Shown here: piece after piece, positions 18,690-28,195 of the stretch
How positions within the stretch are numbered: the first letter of the stretch is position 1
How the letters are laid out: every line of letters begins with the position of its first letter
Virus record (IMG/VR): IMGVR_UViG_3300014208_001434
Span: 1-47,185 of that record
Source: a virus
Taxonomy: Duplodnaviria; Caudoviricetes
DNA length: 47,185 nucleotides
Strand: one strand, 5' to 3'
Position numbers and translations under genes: made by a program
Notes under the pieces: model-generated
What the model saw: only the letters and a program-made list of their open reading frames with translations
Database searches by the model: none
What the model was told of the DNA's origin: nothing

Positions 18690-19541
18690 TTATCCTAGTT
18701 TTATAAACCCGAATGTTGATAAATCGTTTTGAAACGCGGTGCTATATCCAAATTCTTGATAAACCGGGTACGTTTCTAAATGGGTGTTTAGAAAATCGAT
18801 ACAACTGTTTAAATATTCGTTGGCCGTTTCAATGTTTTTTTCATTCAAATGTTTCAATCCCAATGAATCGTCTTTCAGTTCATCGTTTCCTTTTAGATAA
18901 ACGGCATAAAAAGCCAATGCTTTGCGAGCATCGGGCAATACATCCATATCATCGGTATCGGCAATTACCGCAACAAACTCAGGGCTTAATTTTTTGGTAA
19001 CATAAAGCCTTTCGGCTTGCTTAATATAAGGTACCAGGTTCACAAACTTTACCCTCGAATAGTTAATATTTATCTCAGCTGGCCATTCGTCAATACTGGC
19101 CATCAACCCGCCATCAATCAAACTGCTTTTGTTCCAGGTTGGATAATTGGCTGAATTCAATTCTAAAAACAAAAGGGCGTCGCTCAAGTAATCATCGGCC
19201 GCTTTAAGGCAGGCATCTTTAAAATTCTCAACCCGTTGCGCACTTGCGGGTGCCATGTTCTGGTTGCTCACAATGCCAAACCCTGTTTTTGTCGATACCA
19301 AATCGATAAATGGAACTGCCTCCAGATAAGCCAAATTAGCAATGGCTCCCTTCAGCGATTCAATCAACAGCAAATTGTTTGCAGAAGGTTCTTCAACCAT
19401 TAACTGTTTGGTTAAATCAACGCCCAGGTATTTAGGCAAATGTTTCAACATGGCACGGGTTTCGTGCATGGTTAGGTATTGAATATCAACCATGGTGGTT
19501 GGTATGTAATCCTTTATTTCCGAAATGGTTTTGAATATCAT
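18690..19541 (-). CDS. Putative head-tail adaptor (DUF6712-like)
   Basis: Follows portal; internal two-domain similarity; TGFGIVSNQNMAPAS. Confidence 0.55.
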   Translation of the reverse strand: MIFKTISEIKDYIPTTMVDIQYLTMHETRAMLKHLPKYLGVDLTKQLMVEEPSANNLLLIESLKGAIANLAYLEAVPFIDLVSTKTGFGIVSNQNMAPASAQRVENFKDACLKAADDYLSDALLFLELNSANYPTWNKSSLIDGGLMASIDEWPAEININYSRVKFVNLVPYIKQAERLYVTKKLSPEFVAVIADTDDMDVLPDARKALAFYAVYLKGNDELKDDSLGLKHLNEKNIETANEYLNSCIDFLNTHLETYPVYQEFGYSTAFQNDLSTFGFIKLG

Positions 19542-19544
19542 GGC

Positions 19545-21044
19545 TTAACCCTCCAAGGTTGATTGAACACCTGTTTTGTTTTTGTCGAGCGTGGTAAGCT
19601 CTATGTTTGGAATTATAAATTGCAAATACTTGCTCCAACGGTTTATTGCCTTTATTACATAGAATGGGCGCAATACACGGTTGATAATTGGTTTTAGAAT
19701 GGCTTGCTTTATTAGGAACAATTCCCGGGCTTCGCTGCCCGAAATGGTACTGTTTTTTCCGGGTGCTGCACCTACCAAACTTGGATGTACCAACATGGCA
19801 TAACACATTATATTCGATACCTCTTCGCTATCCTCTATATATTCACCCGTTTTAATGCTGGTTTCAACCGGCTTAATGGTCATTTTAGGATACGGTTTGC
19901 CATCGGAACCCCGCTTTGTATAGGTAATAATGCTTTTATTCGACTGTTCTTTTTCAGTTAAGAACTTATTCAGGTTGGTATATTCCAATAAAATACGCTC
20001 CTTTTGGGCTTTCTCTTCCGTAATTTTTTCATACTTGAAAATATCGGTAAAGTAATCCTGATCCAATTCAATTATATAGTTTACAATTGATTGATTCTGG
20101 ATAATATTTTTCTTCAGCTCAGGAATCATAATGGCAAAATCGTACCATCCGCTTTCAATAAGGCTGTACCAATAAGGCTTTTGATAATAGTTCCTTCCTG
20201 GCGTTGGAAAATTAATGGGTATAATGTAACTGTACGTTCTAGCACCTTCACTCTTTTTTGCTTCCGCTTCCATCCGTTTGCGCATGTCGCGCACGGGCGA
20301 ATGGTAATCGAGTACCGGAGTGGCAAAAGCTATTTCTTTATCTTCGTTTGGAGTTTTATCGCCCCATTTGCCATAGTAATAATGATACTCAATTTGTCCG
20401 CTGGCATTCATTTCAGAGAACCGTGAAAAAACAGCTTCCTTATTTTTCAGCTCCACTATTTTCCATTTGTCGCCCGATTCCTGGTTAAGAATTATTTCGG
20501 GAAAAATATTAAAGAACCAATGCAAGTCGGTAATGCTTTCCATTATATAACCGTCCACATCGTTTTCCTCAAAGAATTTATCCACTTCATCGCGGCATTT
20601 AAGTATATCGTCTAAAATTGCCTGATATACTTTCTTTGATGCCTCGCTCGATGTTTCAATCAAATCGGTTAGATAAAGTTCGGCATTAAAAAGCGGTACC
20701 ATTTCTTTATCCTTGCCTTTGGGTATCACCACTACCGGAGTAACACCCTCGCCAAAGCTCGATGTGATATTGAAAAATAGGTTGGCACTCATCACGGGGC
20801 TTAATGCTACTTTATCAGTAAGCACTTTCGGAAAGTCGTTGCTCTCTCCCCAGGGAACAAACTTAGGCATATCCTTTTTGCCTTTAATAATCACGCTTCG
20901 CGATGCATCGGCATTTGGCAACAATATGGAGCTGCTGTCTTCCAAAATAACGGCTGCTTTTACACCTGGCAAATAAGCCATTCTACCGTTTTCGCTTACA
21001 ACTACGCTGCCGTATTCCTTATTCCTATCAATAGGTGGTTTCAT
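19545..21044 (-). CDS. Putative portal protein
   Basis: 499 aa; PWGESNDFP, YYQKPYW, VHPSLVG, SGSEARE; size and position. Confidence 0.75.
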   Translation of the reverse strand: MKPPIDRNKEYGSVVVSENGRMAYLPGVKAAVILEDSSSILLPNADASRSVIIKGKKDMPKFVPWGESNDFPKVLTDKVALSPVMSANLFFNITSSFGEGVTPVVVIPKGKDKEMVPLFNAELYLTDLIETSSEASKKVYQAILDDILKCRDEVDKFFEENDVDGYIMESITDLHWFFNIFPEIILNQESGDKWKIVELKNKEAVFSRFSEMNASGQIEYHYYYGKWGDKTPNEDKEIAFATPVLDYHSPVRDMRKRMEAEAKKSEGARTYSYIIPINFPTPGRNYYQKPYWYSLIESGWYDFAIMIPELKKNIIQNQSIVNYIIELDQDYFTDIFKYEKITEEKAQKERILLEYTNLNKFLTEKEQSNKSIITYTKRGSDGKPYPKMTIKPVETSIKTGEYIEDSEEVSNIMCYAMLVHPSLVGAAPGKNSTISGSEARELFLIKQAILKPIINRVLRPFYVIKAINRWSKYLQFIIPNIELTTLDKNKTGVQSTLEG

Positions 21045-21283
21045 ACCATTACCTCCTCTCCGTTGAATTCTATAATTTGCAAAGCATGAATGGAACGCAT
21101 CTCACCCGAAGGAATAAACTTAAAGTTTACCATATCGCGTTCCCAGTTGGTCGATGTGCATACCACTTTACCTGAAGCAATGGCCCCGGTACTTTTCTTA
21201 ATAAATTTTATGGTAACTATTGGCCGCTGTTTGGTCTTATCAATAGGGTCGATAAGTTTCCGGACTGCATTAATATAAATCAT
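21041..21283 (-). CDS. Small beta-rich hypothetical protein preceding portal
   Basis: ATG at 21283, just downstream of promoter copy 3; stop overlaps portal start. Confidence 0.6.
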   Translation of the reverse strand: MIYINAVRKLIDPIDKTKQRPIVTIKFIKKSTGAIASGKVVCTSTNWERDMVNFKFIPSGEMRSIHALQIIEFNGEEVMV

Positions 21284-21295
21284 CGCTTTTTTTAG

Positions 21296-21330
21296 CAATG
21301 ATAATAAGCCCCAATGTTTGACTAAAGGAC
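21296..21330 (-). promoter_or_regulatory. Candidate late promoter, copy 3 (portal/neck block)
   Basis: GTCCTTT-N20-TATCATTG. Confidence 0.65.
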
Positions 21331-21465
21331 AATGAAAAGCGGCATTTCATTTCACTTTAAAACATGTGCTGGTAAATGTGGGATGGAAGTTTTTTGAGTG
21401 AAATTAATCAACTCCTGTTGTTTCGGCAATAATGCTAATTATTTAATGAGGAACGAATTATACGC

Positions 21466-21571
21466 TGAAAGCGGATTACCGGAACAACTCCTATTTCAGC
21501 GCGCCCGAACACACAAGTCCTTATGTGTGTTCTGCGGTGTTATCGCTACACTTTTGCGGTTTTCGCTTTCA
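21466..21571. ncRNA. Candidate structured RNA/DNA element
   Basis: Outer stem tgaaagcg/cgctttca, inner accg/cggt, 9-bp hairpin gaacacaca/tgtgtgttc, small gtgt/acac hairpin. Confidence 0.4.
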
Positions 21572-21642
21572 AATTATCGGCACATTTTCAAAGGAAGGTA
21601 CTAACGAATATTTAAGCCATCGAGTTTGCAAACTGTAAAAAA

Positions 21643-22050
21643 TTAAAAAACTAAATCGGGAACTAAGTCAGAGTTTTGTTTTTCCTTCGGCTTTATCGCC
21701 TGTTCTGCTTTTACATTTATTACCTGTAAGTTACTAAATAGGTAAGCCAGCGGAAAAAATTTAAACTCTTCTGGTTCCGTTCCACCTTCAGGGGTTTGGC
21801 TATAATTGCGGGGCTGCCCCCAAAATAAAAATGCCTTGCTACCTTTGGCAATGGTAAAGCCTTTTTGCTTCCATTGGTTAAAGGTGTTAAACTCCTCAAT
21901 GTCGGGGTTTTCTCCCTCGTAAAATTCTTTTAATCCTTCGTTAACTGTGTCGTAAATCCCTTCTTTTACTGCCAGTCTTATATTTTGGCTCATTGCAATT
22001 AATTCCAGCCGCTTGGCTTTGTATTGCTCTTTTTTACTATCTTTGTTCAT
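21643..22050 (-). CDS. ArdC-like N-terminal (ssDNA-binding) domain protein
   Basis: FNTFNQWKQKGFTIAKGSKA...LFSNLQV motif. Confidence 0.7.
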   Translation of the reverse strand: MNKDSKKEQYKAKRLELIAMSQNIRLAVKEGIYDTVNEGLKEFYEGENPDIEEFNTFNQWKQKGFTIAKGSKAFLFWGQPRNYSQTPEGGTEPEEFKFFPLAYLFSNLQVINVKAEQAIKPKEKQNSDLVPDLVF

Positions 22051-22098
22051 CGCTCTAAAATTTTGGTTAAACAATTTATTAGGGTCTTAAATCTTAAG

Positions 22099-22125
22099 AA
22101 AGCCCGGTTTGGTCGCCGGGCTTTT
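22099..22125. terminator. Intrinsic terminator-like hairpin
   Basis: aaagcccgg-tttggtcg-ccgggcttt. Confidence 0.6.
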
Positions 22126-22130
22126 GCTTT

Positions 22131-22655
22131 TTAAAAATCCGCTTTTATTTCTTCCTCTAGGGCTGCCGTTTTTTGGTCAATCTCTCCCCTTAAAAAACCA
22201 ATGCACTTAGTAATTATCAACGGATTGGTAATTTTAAAAAGTTCCTCCCCTTTGCTGTAATTTGAATGAACGGCAAACGTTAAAACAAACTCCTGTTTCT
22301 CAAATTCCTGATCATCCGCTTGGGGTTTAACTACGTTTAGGGCTTCATTTAAACGCAACCTAATTTTTTTGAATAATTCAAGGTGTGTAATTTTCTTTTT
22401 CTTATCCTCAAAAAAATTAATAACCTCTTGAATGTTGGCGGGTTTCTTTGCGTGTTGTTTCTCCAGTTCTTCCAACCGTTTTAATAAATCTTCGTAGGTT
22501 GGTTTTTTGGCTTCACCTGGTAAAGGGGTTTTAACTTCGGGTTTTCCCTGGTCAACTTTCACCAGATGCACGTTAGGCGAATTTTTTACAATCTCACCAA
22601 TTTTAGATCCTGTGTTTTGGGATGTGGTTTTCCCTTCTGACTTTTTCTCTGTCAT
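22131..22655 (-). CDS. Hypothetical coiled-coil protein
   Basis: 174 aa, Lys/Glu-rich; preceded by a TTTG-N19-TATATTTA sigma70-like promoter. Confidence 0.65.
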   Translation of the reverse strand: MTEKKSEGKTTSQNTGSKIGEIVKNSPNVHLVKVDQGKPEVKTPLPGEAKKPTYEDLLKRLEELEKQHAKKPANIQEVINFFEDKKKKITHLELFKKIRLRLNEALNVVKPQADDQEFEKQEFVLTFAVHSNYSKGEELFKITNPLIITKCIGFLRGEIDQKTAALEEEIKADF

Positions 22656-23072
22656 AGCTTTAATTTTTAGTTAAACATTAAAATATATTTGGTCTTAAAT
22701 CTTACTTAAATATAGTAATAATCAGCGAATTAGCAAAATTTTTAATTAAAATAATCACTCTAAAAATGATTTCTTTTTAGTGGAATCCATTCTATTTTAT
22801 TGAATGGTTCTAAATAAGTGGAAAAATTTCACCGTTGAATAGTTAAATTATTGTTTTACTGTTGATAAGAGCATAAAAAGGGGTATTTTACCCTCTTTTT
22901 TTCTCTTGAGACCCTGCGCCGCGCTGTCCATCATCGGTCGCGACAGGGTTGTAAAATTGCGTTATATGCCGTAATACTGTAGGGTTTGAGGTGGTCGCAA
23001 CCAATTGGGGAGGGGTGTGTAAAAAAAAAGGCTCCTATTCTAGCCATGCATGTGGGTGGTGGTAGAATAGGA

Positions 23073-24740
23073 TTAGCGTTGGCCTCTTAATACTACACTG
23101 GCTGGGCTTACTACTGATGGAGTAAAAGGAAAGAAGTTTAGTCCTATGAATAATGTATCCCATGCATCGGTTCCATCGGTTCTAAGTTCTAACGGATCGT
23201 CTTCTGTTTCTTGTATCTTCTCACCTGATTTGTTCTTTTGAAATCCATTTGAACCTATCTTAACACCTGCTTGCTCCATTGCTGGCAATAAGAACTCATT
23301 GTTCTGGTCGTTGAATTGAGGGAATAAGTATTTGATTCCAGTTAGTGCATCATTGATGTATTGGTGTTTGATGTGATGCTTCCATGGCTTACCTGTATTA
23401 ACTAGATGTACATACCAACCACGTGCAGTTAGTTCGTTGTAAACTATCTCAGCAAAGTTCTCTGTCTGCTCATCAGCATAGGCGCTATCTAATGCGGTAG
23501 TATCAAAGTAGTACACTACTTCCTTTACTGGATGGTCGGTGTAGTACTCAGCCCAATAGCGTAACACACTCCTAAGCTTCTGCTCATGCTTAGTAAAGAA
23601 CGATGATAAGGTAATCATCTGGCCTTTCTGCTGCTGCCCTGTTATTACCCAGTTAATGTTAGCATTGTAATCGCATGCTATGGATAAGGGTTGGGTAATA
23701 TCTATATCACCATCGGCAAGGCATGTATGCTTTTGCAGGGCACCCATGTCCAAAGTCCCTTTATGGGTACGCTGATTATCTAACCAACTGTCGTTGCTTT
23801 TATTGTAGTAGTGTAGCGATGGCTTAAGGTTGGCATAAAAGCCTGATGGGTCGTTGCGCTGTAGTTTATTCAGGATGGAAGTATAAAAGATTATTGGAGG
23901 TAATAACCTCTTTTGCTCCCTAATGTATTCCTGTCCTACAATTTCAATATTTTCAATGGTATCGAATTCGAAATACATATACAGATAACGCCTGAAGTAA
24001 TTCAGTTCTTTATTGATATTTGCAATTCTATTTTGTGCTGCGGGGAAATGTTCCAAATTGGCACCGTACTTTTGATATATTAATGAACGGTCGAAAAGCA
24101 ATCCTTCAACAACGGCTTTTACTTTAATATTTTTAGGATCTAACATTTTGTTTTTCTCATCAACAACCCACATACCTTGCTTACTTGTGGGCATGTCGCT
24201 AACCAAAGTAATACCTTTATACCATGGCACATCTTTAAACTTTCCGGGGCTGCCAGATACTGCAGGAATTGCTTCTTCAAATAGCTTTTCTTTTTTTAGT
24301 GAGCGCGCTTCATCGGCTTTAAGCCAATCCAATGTTAATGAGTTGGCTGTAAACTTAACGTCCTGAGAAAGTAAATGAATAATTGAACCATTATAAAAAT
24401 GAACCACATGTTCCCACGATAACGGTTTAATGAATGGTTCTTTAAAATTCATAAACTTTGGAGCTTTCCGTCCAATAAAATAATGAACATCGGCCTTGTA
24501 ATTAAGCCTATCCAAGAATTGAAGTGTTGATGGTAACGTACGCCCTAAAAGTTGTTTGTAGCTTGCCTGGTACAATGACCCGCTTCCTTGTGGCATGTGT
24601 TGAATATCGCGAAGTAGATCGGGGCCAACAATACCATCGGATTTACCAAAACGGCGGGAAGCTACAATTGTTTTACTGTTTGGAGCATAAGCCCTTACTT
24701 TTTGTTGCCCTGGATTGAGATATATTTTACTCGTTGTCAT
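23073..24740 (-). CDS. terL: Terminase large subunit
   Basis: ASRRFGKS Walker A, WLKADEA Walker B, acidic RNase H-like C-domain (IACDYN, TDGTDAWD). Confidence 0.88.
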   Translation of the reverse strand: MTTSKIYLNPGQQKVRAYAPNSKTIVASRRFGKSDGIVGPDLLRDIQHMPQGSGSLYQASYKQLLGRTLPSTLQFLDRLNYKADVHYFIGRKAPKFMNFKEPFIKPLSWEHVVHFYNGSIIHLLSQDVKFTANSLTLDWLKADEARSLKKEKLFEEAIPAVSGSPGKFKDVPWYKGITLVSDMPTSKQGMWVVDEKNKMLDPKNIKVKAVVEGLLFDRSLIYQKYGANLEHFPAAQNRIANINKELNYFRRYLYMYFEFDTIENIEIVGQEYIREQKRLLPPIIFYTSILNKLQRNDPSGFYANLKPSLHYYNKSNDSWLDNQRTHKGTLDMGALQKHTCLADGDIDITQPLSIACDYNANINWVITGQQQKGQMITLSSFFTKHEQKLRSVLRYWAEYYTDHPVKEVVYYFDTTALDSAYADEQTENFAEIVYNELTARGWYVHLVNTGKPWKHHIKHQYINDALTGIKYLFPQFNDQNNEFLLPAMEQAGVKIGSNGFQKNKSGEKIQETEDDPLELRTDGTDAWDTLFIGLNFFPFTPSVVSPASVVLRGQR

Positions 24741-25326
24741 TTAATATTACTGCTTCGTGTATTACATCACTCTCACCACTTAATTCGCGCCTTAATTTTG
24801 CTTTAAGCGCCTCAATATCTCCAGTTGGTTTTTCGAGACCTAAAACAGTAACATCACCGGTAATTTCGTAGCTATCGGGTTTAATATTTTCCCATTGGTA
24901 TGGCATTATATCGTCTTTATCCAATTTGTTGACCTTTGCCATTGCTTGGGCTGCTTTTATCATTACTTCGGCTTGTTTTACCTCAATAATGGTTTCGGCT
25001 GTTTCAGCTAATTTATATCCTTCGTTAATCATGTGGTTGGCGCGATATCGCTGGAATTCTTTTGAAGCCTGTTTAATATTACCAACCAAATGGAGAATAA
25101 TTGGCATATCGCGGTAAGCGGTTGCTTCCGAAATAGCAAAATGGCTCATTAATTCACTCCTCATATCGCTTTCCGATAGTGTGGGTTGGCTTAACCATTT
25201 AGTAAATGCATACCTATATCTGGTAACCATTTTAACTTCATCTTTATCGAAAATAGAGGGTAACCTTTCTTCATCAGCAAAAAGGTCGGTTTCTAATTTA
25301 TCGATGAGTGCCATATTTGCGGCCAT
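24727..25326 (-). CDS. Putative terminase small subunit
   Basis: HTH-like ISEATAYRD; directly upstream of and overlapping terL. Confidence 0.55.
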   Translation of the reverse strand: MAANMALIDKLETDLFADEERLPSIFDKDEVKMVTRYRYAFTKWLSQPTLSESDMRSELMSHFAISEATAYRDMPIILHLVGNIKQASKEFQRYRANHMINEGYKLAETAETIIEVKQAEVMIKAAQAMAKVNKLDKDDIMPYQWENIKPDSYEITGDVTVLGLEKPTGDIEALKAKLRRELSGESDVIHEAVILNDNE

Positions 25327-25606
25327 GTTTTCTTTCTTCTAGTTCCTGTTCTTTTATATAGCGTTCGGCTAATTCTTCGGCTTGAGGTGAGCCATGTTTC
25401 GCCATTTTTATTATATTCTCGCGTATTGCTTTCTTCGATTCCGATTTGCCCAATAGGTAAGCGCAATAAACGGTACCTTTTCGCGATGCAATTTCATTTA
25501 CCAGGGAATCGATATCGACTCCCATTAATACCGCAATTTCATCGGGCGAAAGAAATAAGGCGGCCAGTTCCTTTACTTTTTGTAACTGTTCTTCAGTTAA
25601 ATTCAT
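25298..25606 (-). CDS. Small HTH-like protein in packaging operon
   Basis: LSPDEIAVLMGVD; MAKHGSPQA. Confidence 0.55.
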   Translation of the reverse strand: MNLTEEQLQKVKELAALFLSPDEIAVLMGVDIDSLVNEIASRKGTVYCAYLLGKSESKKAIRENIIKMAKHGSPQAEELAERYIKEQELEERKHGRKYGTHR

Positions 25607-26087
25607 CGCTTGTAACTTCAATTCCTCCCGATATCCCTTCAATAAGCTTGGTATAGAAATAATCGAAAATAGCCGTATCGGTGCTAATTATACCCGCTTC
25701 CATTTTGTCGTTTATATTTAGGTTTGCCGATGATACCACGGTAACGTAATGCTTTCCGTTATAGATAAGCACAACCTTGGCGTGGCATTTAGCTATTGAT
25801 ATTTGGCTAATTACATTCCTGGCAAAAAATAATAGCCCCAGTTTATGGCGCCTAACGGTAAAATCGAACAAACAGGCCAAGCTTTGGATGGTACCTTGCT
25901 CCATCAATCGCTGAAAGGTGCGTATGGCAACTTCAGTAATACTAAATGAAGAAAGAACCACCTTAGCGGGTCCCGTTTGTTCAAGCAAATGCTCAATTAG
26001 TTGGTGCATCGAGAATTCACCGTTTGAAAAATAGGGAATGTTATTTCCCGGCTCCGGCAGCTGGAGTATTTCCAATACTTTCTTCAT
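25593..26087 (-). CDS. Single-domain phospholipase D-like (Nuc-type) putative nuclease
   Basis: CHAKVVLI...VVSSANLN...EAG motif. Confidence 0.7.
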   Translation of the reverse strand: MKKVLEILQLPEPGNNIPYFSNGEFSMHQLIEHLLEQTGPAKVVLSSFSITEVAIRTFQRLMEQGTIQSLACLFDFTVRRHKLGLLFFARNVISQISIAKCHAKVVLIYNGKHYVTVVSSANLNINDKMEAGIISTDTAIFDYFYTKLIEGISGGIEVTSDEFN

Positions 26088-26844
26088 AGTTTACTTCCCA
26101 TGCTTTCAGTTCTGAAATGCGTAACTCCACTTCTTTTGCTTTGTTTTCGTCTTTCGAAAAACGGCGCAAATAAGCCACGTTGGCTTTAATGCGTAAGTCT
26201 TTACTTTGGGCTTGAATTACCAAGTCGGTAGTGGCATCAATTTCCGCTTTGGTTAATGCTCCCGATGGTTTGGTAGGTTGTACACCTGTTACGGGAGGCA
26301 AACCGGCTGCCCAATCGTCAATCAATTTCCAGTTGGCTTTAATGTTTTCCTGAATGGAAAGCATTTCATTCAACAGCTCCTTACGCTCTTCATCATTTGT
26401 TACATCGGCTGGCACCGCTTTTATTTTGGCATGAAGCGTTTTTACTTTGGAGTAATTCTCGCCATTCTCATCGTAAGCTTTCTTGAGCTCATCCGATAAA
26501 TCTTCATACTTTACCCTAGGGTTTTTGTCAATTACTACCCTGCCGGTTGCAATTTCCTTCTCCACTTCACCCAGCTTTTCTTTAACCTCCTGAAGGTTTT
26601 TGCTGGTCGATTGCTTTTTATTCGAAGCTTCCTCTTTTTCAGGTTGCTTTTCGTCCTGGTTATATACCCGGTGGTAATTTGCCAATAACGAATAAAGCAT
26701 GTTCCTGTGAATTGCTTCCGGTTCTTCGGTATTAAAGAATCCTTCCTTTTTTGGGTTTACTTTTAATTCCTTGAATAAAGTTACCCCAGCATTGTAATCA
26801 CGCTCCGGAGATTGGAGCCATGACTTTAATTTTTGATTTGCCAT
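26041..26844 (-). CDS. Hypothetical protein, first gene of packaging operon
   Basis: 267 aa, charged and helical. Confidence 0.65.
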   Translation of the reverse strand: MANQKLKSWLQSPERDYNAGVTLFKELKVNPKKEGFFNTEEPEAIHRNMLYSLLANYHRVYNQDEKQPEKEEASNKKQSTSKNLQEVKEKLGEVEKEIATGRVVIDKNPRVKYEDLSDELKKAYDENGENYSKVKTLHAKIKAVPADVTNDEERKELLNEMLSIQENIKANWKLIDDWAAGLPPVTGVQPTKPSGALTKAEIDATTDLVIQAQSKDLRIKANVAYLRRFSKDENKAKEVELRISELKAWEVNYEESIGNTPAAGAGK

Positions 26845-26885
26845 TTTTACAAAAGTTTAATTAATAAACTGAATTAATGCGAATT

Positions 26886-26920
26886 CAAAAGTGGAAGTTT
26901 GGTCACGACCAACAAAGGAC
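26886..26920 (-). promoter_or_regulatory. Candidate late promoter, copy 4 (packaging block)
   Basis: GTCCTTT-N20-CACTTTTG, immediately after a terminator. Confidence 0.65.
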
Positions 26921-26923
26921 TAC

Positions 26924-26956
26924 AAAAAAAGCCCCAACCATAAGGCCAGGGCTTTT
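26924..26956 (-). terminator. Intrinsic terminator of capsid operon
   Basis: aaaagccc...gggctttt stem with a U-run on minus. Confidence 0.6.
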
Positions 26957-26977
26957 AAATTTAAACCAGTAAAGCTA

Positions 26978-27592
26978 TTAATGAAAAAAGTCTTTCAAGG
27001 CTTTTTGGCCGTGCTTATTCACTACCACAAACTTTTTATGTTTTAGTAAATGAGCGGTACGGTACTCATCCGGGCGGGAATCGTACACTTGAAGCCTGAT
27101 TTTATCGGCTAGGTCGCGCAAAATTACCGTTGGTTTTTCTTTTGAATAATGATTGAAATACTTGCTTTCAAAATTGAACGGTACATTTACTATATCAAAG
27201 TCGTTTTTTAGCTGCAATACCAATGCTTTTTCATAAATACGGGGCAATTCGGTTGCAAAATCAATTGGGTAAGCATCGTTACCGGGTGCCGGATTGGCAA
27301 ATAATTGGTCAATATCTGACAAGTCAATTTTTTGCAACGGATATGTATTGTTTGCAAAAACAAACGATTCAGCTTCCAATGCTTCAGCTGCAGCTACAAT
27401 TTTACGACTTTTATCGGTTCTACCTGCAATACTTGGGCAACCAATAAAACCAACTCCCTTCGGAAGTTCGCATTCATCGCCAACAACCATTAATTCGCAC
27501 TTCGATAAATGTTTTTTCCATGCCTCAATTGAAGCTGCCAAAATACATTCATCGCCCAGAGCGAAACCTATAACTACAATTACTTTAGCCAT
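26978..27592 (-). CDS. Hypothetical protein (Rossmann/glycosyltransferase-like N-terminus, weak)
   Basis: KVIVVIGF...LMVVGD alpha/beta pattern. Confidence 0.5.
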   Translation of the reverse strand: MAKVIVVIGFALGDECILAASIEAWKKHLSKCELMVVGDECELPKGVGFIGCPSIAGRTDKSRKIVAAAEALEAESFVFANNTYPLQKIDLSDIDQLFANPAPGNDAYPIDFATELPRIYEKALVLQLKNDFDIVNVPFNFESKYFNHYSKEKPTVILRDLADKIRLQVYDSRPDEYRTAHLLKHKKFVVVNKHGQKALKDFFH

Positions 27593-27629
27593 ATTATTAA
27601 AAAATAAAGGGGGCTTTCACCCCCTATTA

Positions 27630-28181
27630 CTAAACTGCTGGAGTTAATGGGATAGCTGCCGTGTAAATTGGTGCGGGTCCGCTTCCAATATCCTCGACTT
27701 TGAACGTTATCCCTGGGCGGTCAGTTGATGCCTTACCGCTGGTATCGTTGGCTGAACATTTAGCAGGGAACCTAGGAGAACCCAATAAACGAAGCTGCCC
27801 TTTCATATCTTCGAATATGAAGAACATTCTCCGGTTCTGGATAACCCTTGCAAATCCTAAAGAATCGGCATTCGGTTGTGGAAAGAAAAATTCAGCCGTG
27901 CGTTTGGTGCTTTCGGCATCACGCTCACCTTGTGTCTCACCATCTAAACCACTGGTTTCGGGAGTCACATAAATGGTGTTCATCTTTTTGGTGGCTAGCA
28001 TTACTATTGGCAACGCAATAGTAATGGCCAACGCAAACGATGTGGGAGAATCTGCTGGCTCAGGCCATTGGGTTTCATCGGCATCGGCCAAGAAACCATA
28101 ATAGACCTTACTTATACCGCCTAAGTTTTCCTGACCCTCAGGAAATGCGATATTTGAGTTAACTAGTGCTGAAAAGTTCAT
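27630..28181 (-). CDS. Putative major tail tube protein
   Basis: 183 aa, beta-rich; ENLGGI, FIFEDMKGQLRLLGS; follows capsid. Confidence 0.6.
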   Translation of the reverse strand: MNFSALVNSNIAFPEGQENLGGISKVYYGFLADADETQWPEPADSPTSFALAITIALPIVMLATKKMNTIYVTPETSGLDGETQGERDAESTKRTAEFFFPQPNADSLGFARVIQNRRMFFIFEDMKGQLRLLGSPRFPAKCSANDTSGKASTDRPGITFKVEDIGSGPAPIYTAAIPLTPAV

Positions 28182-28195
28182 AGTTTTCCCCTTTC

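Noticed and set aside
21466-21571. Hammerhead ribozyme or tRNA
   Set aside because: CUGA is not followed by NGA, and there is no cloverleaf or TTC arm.
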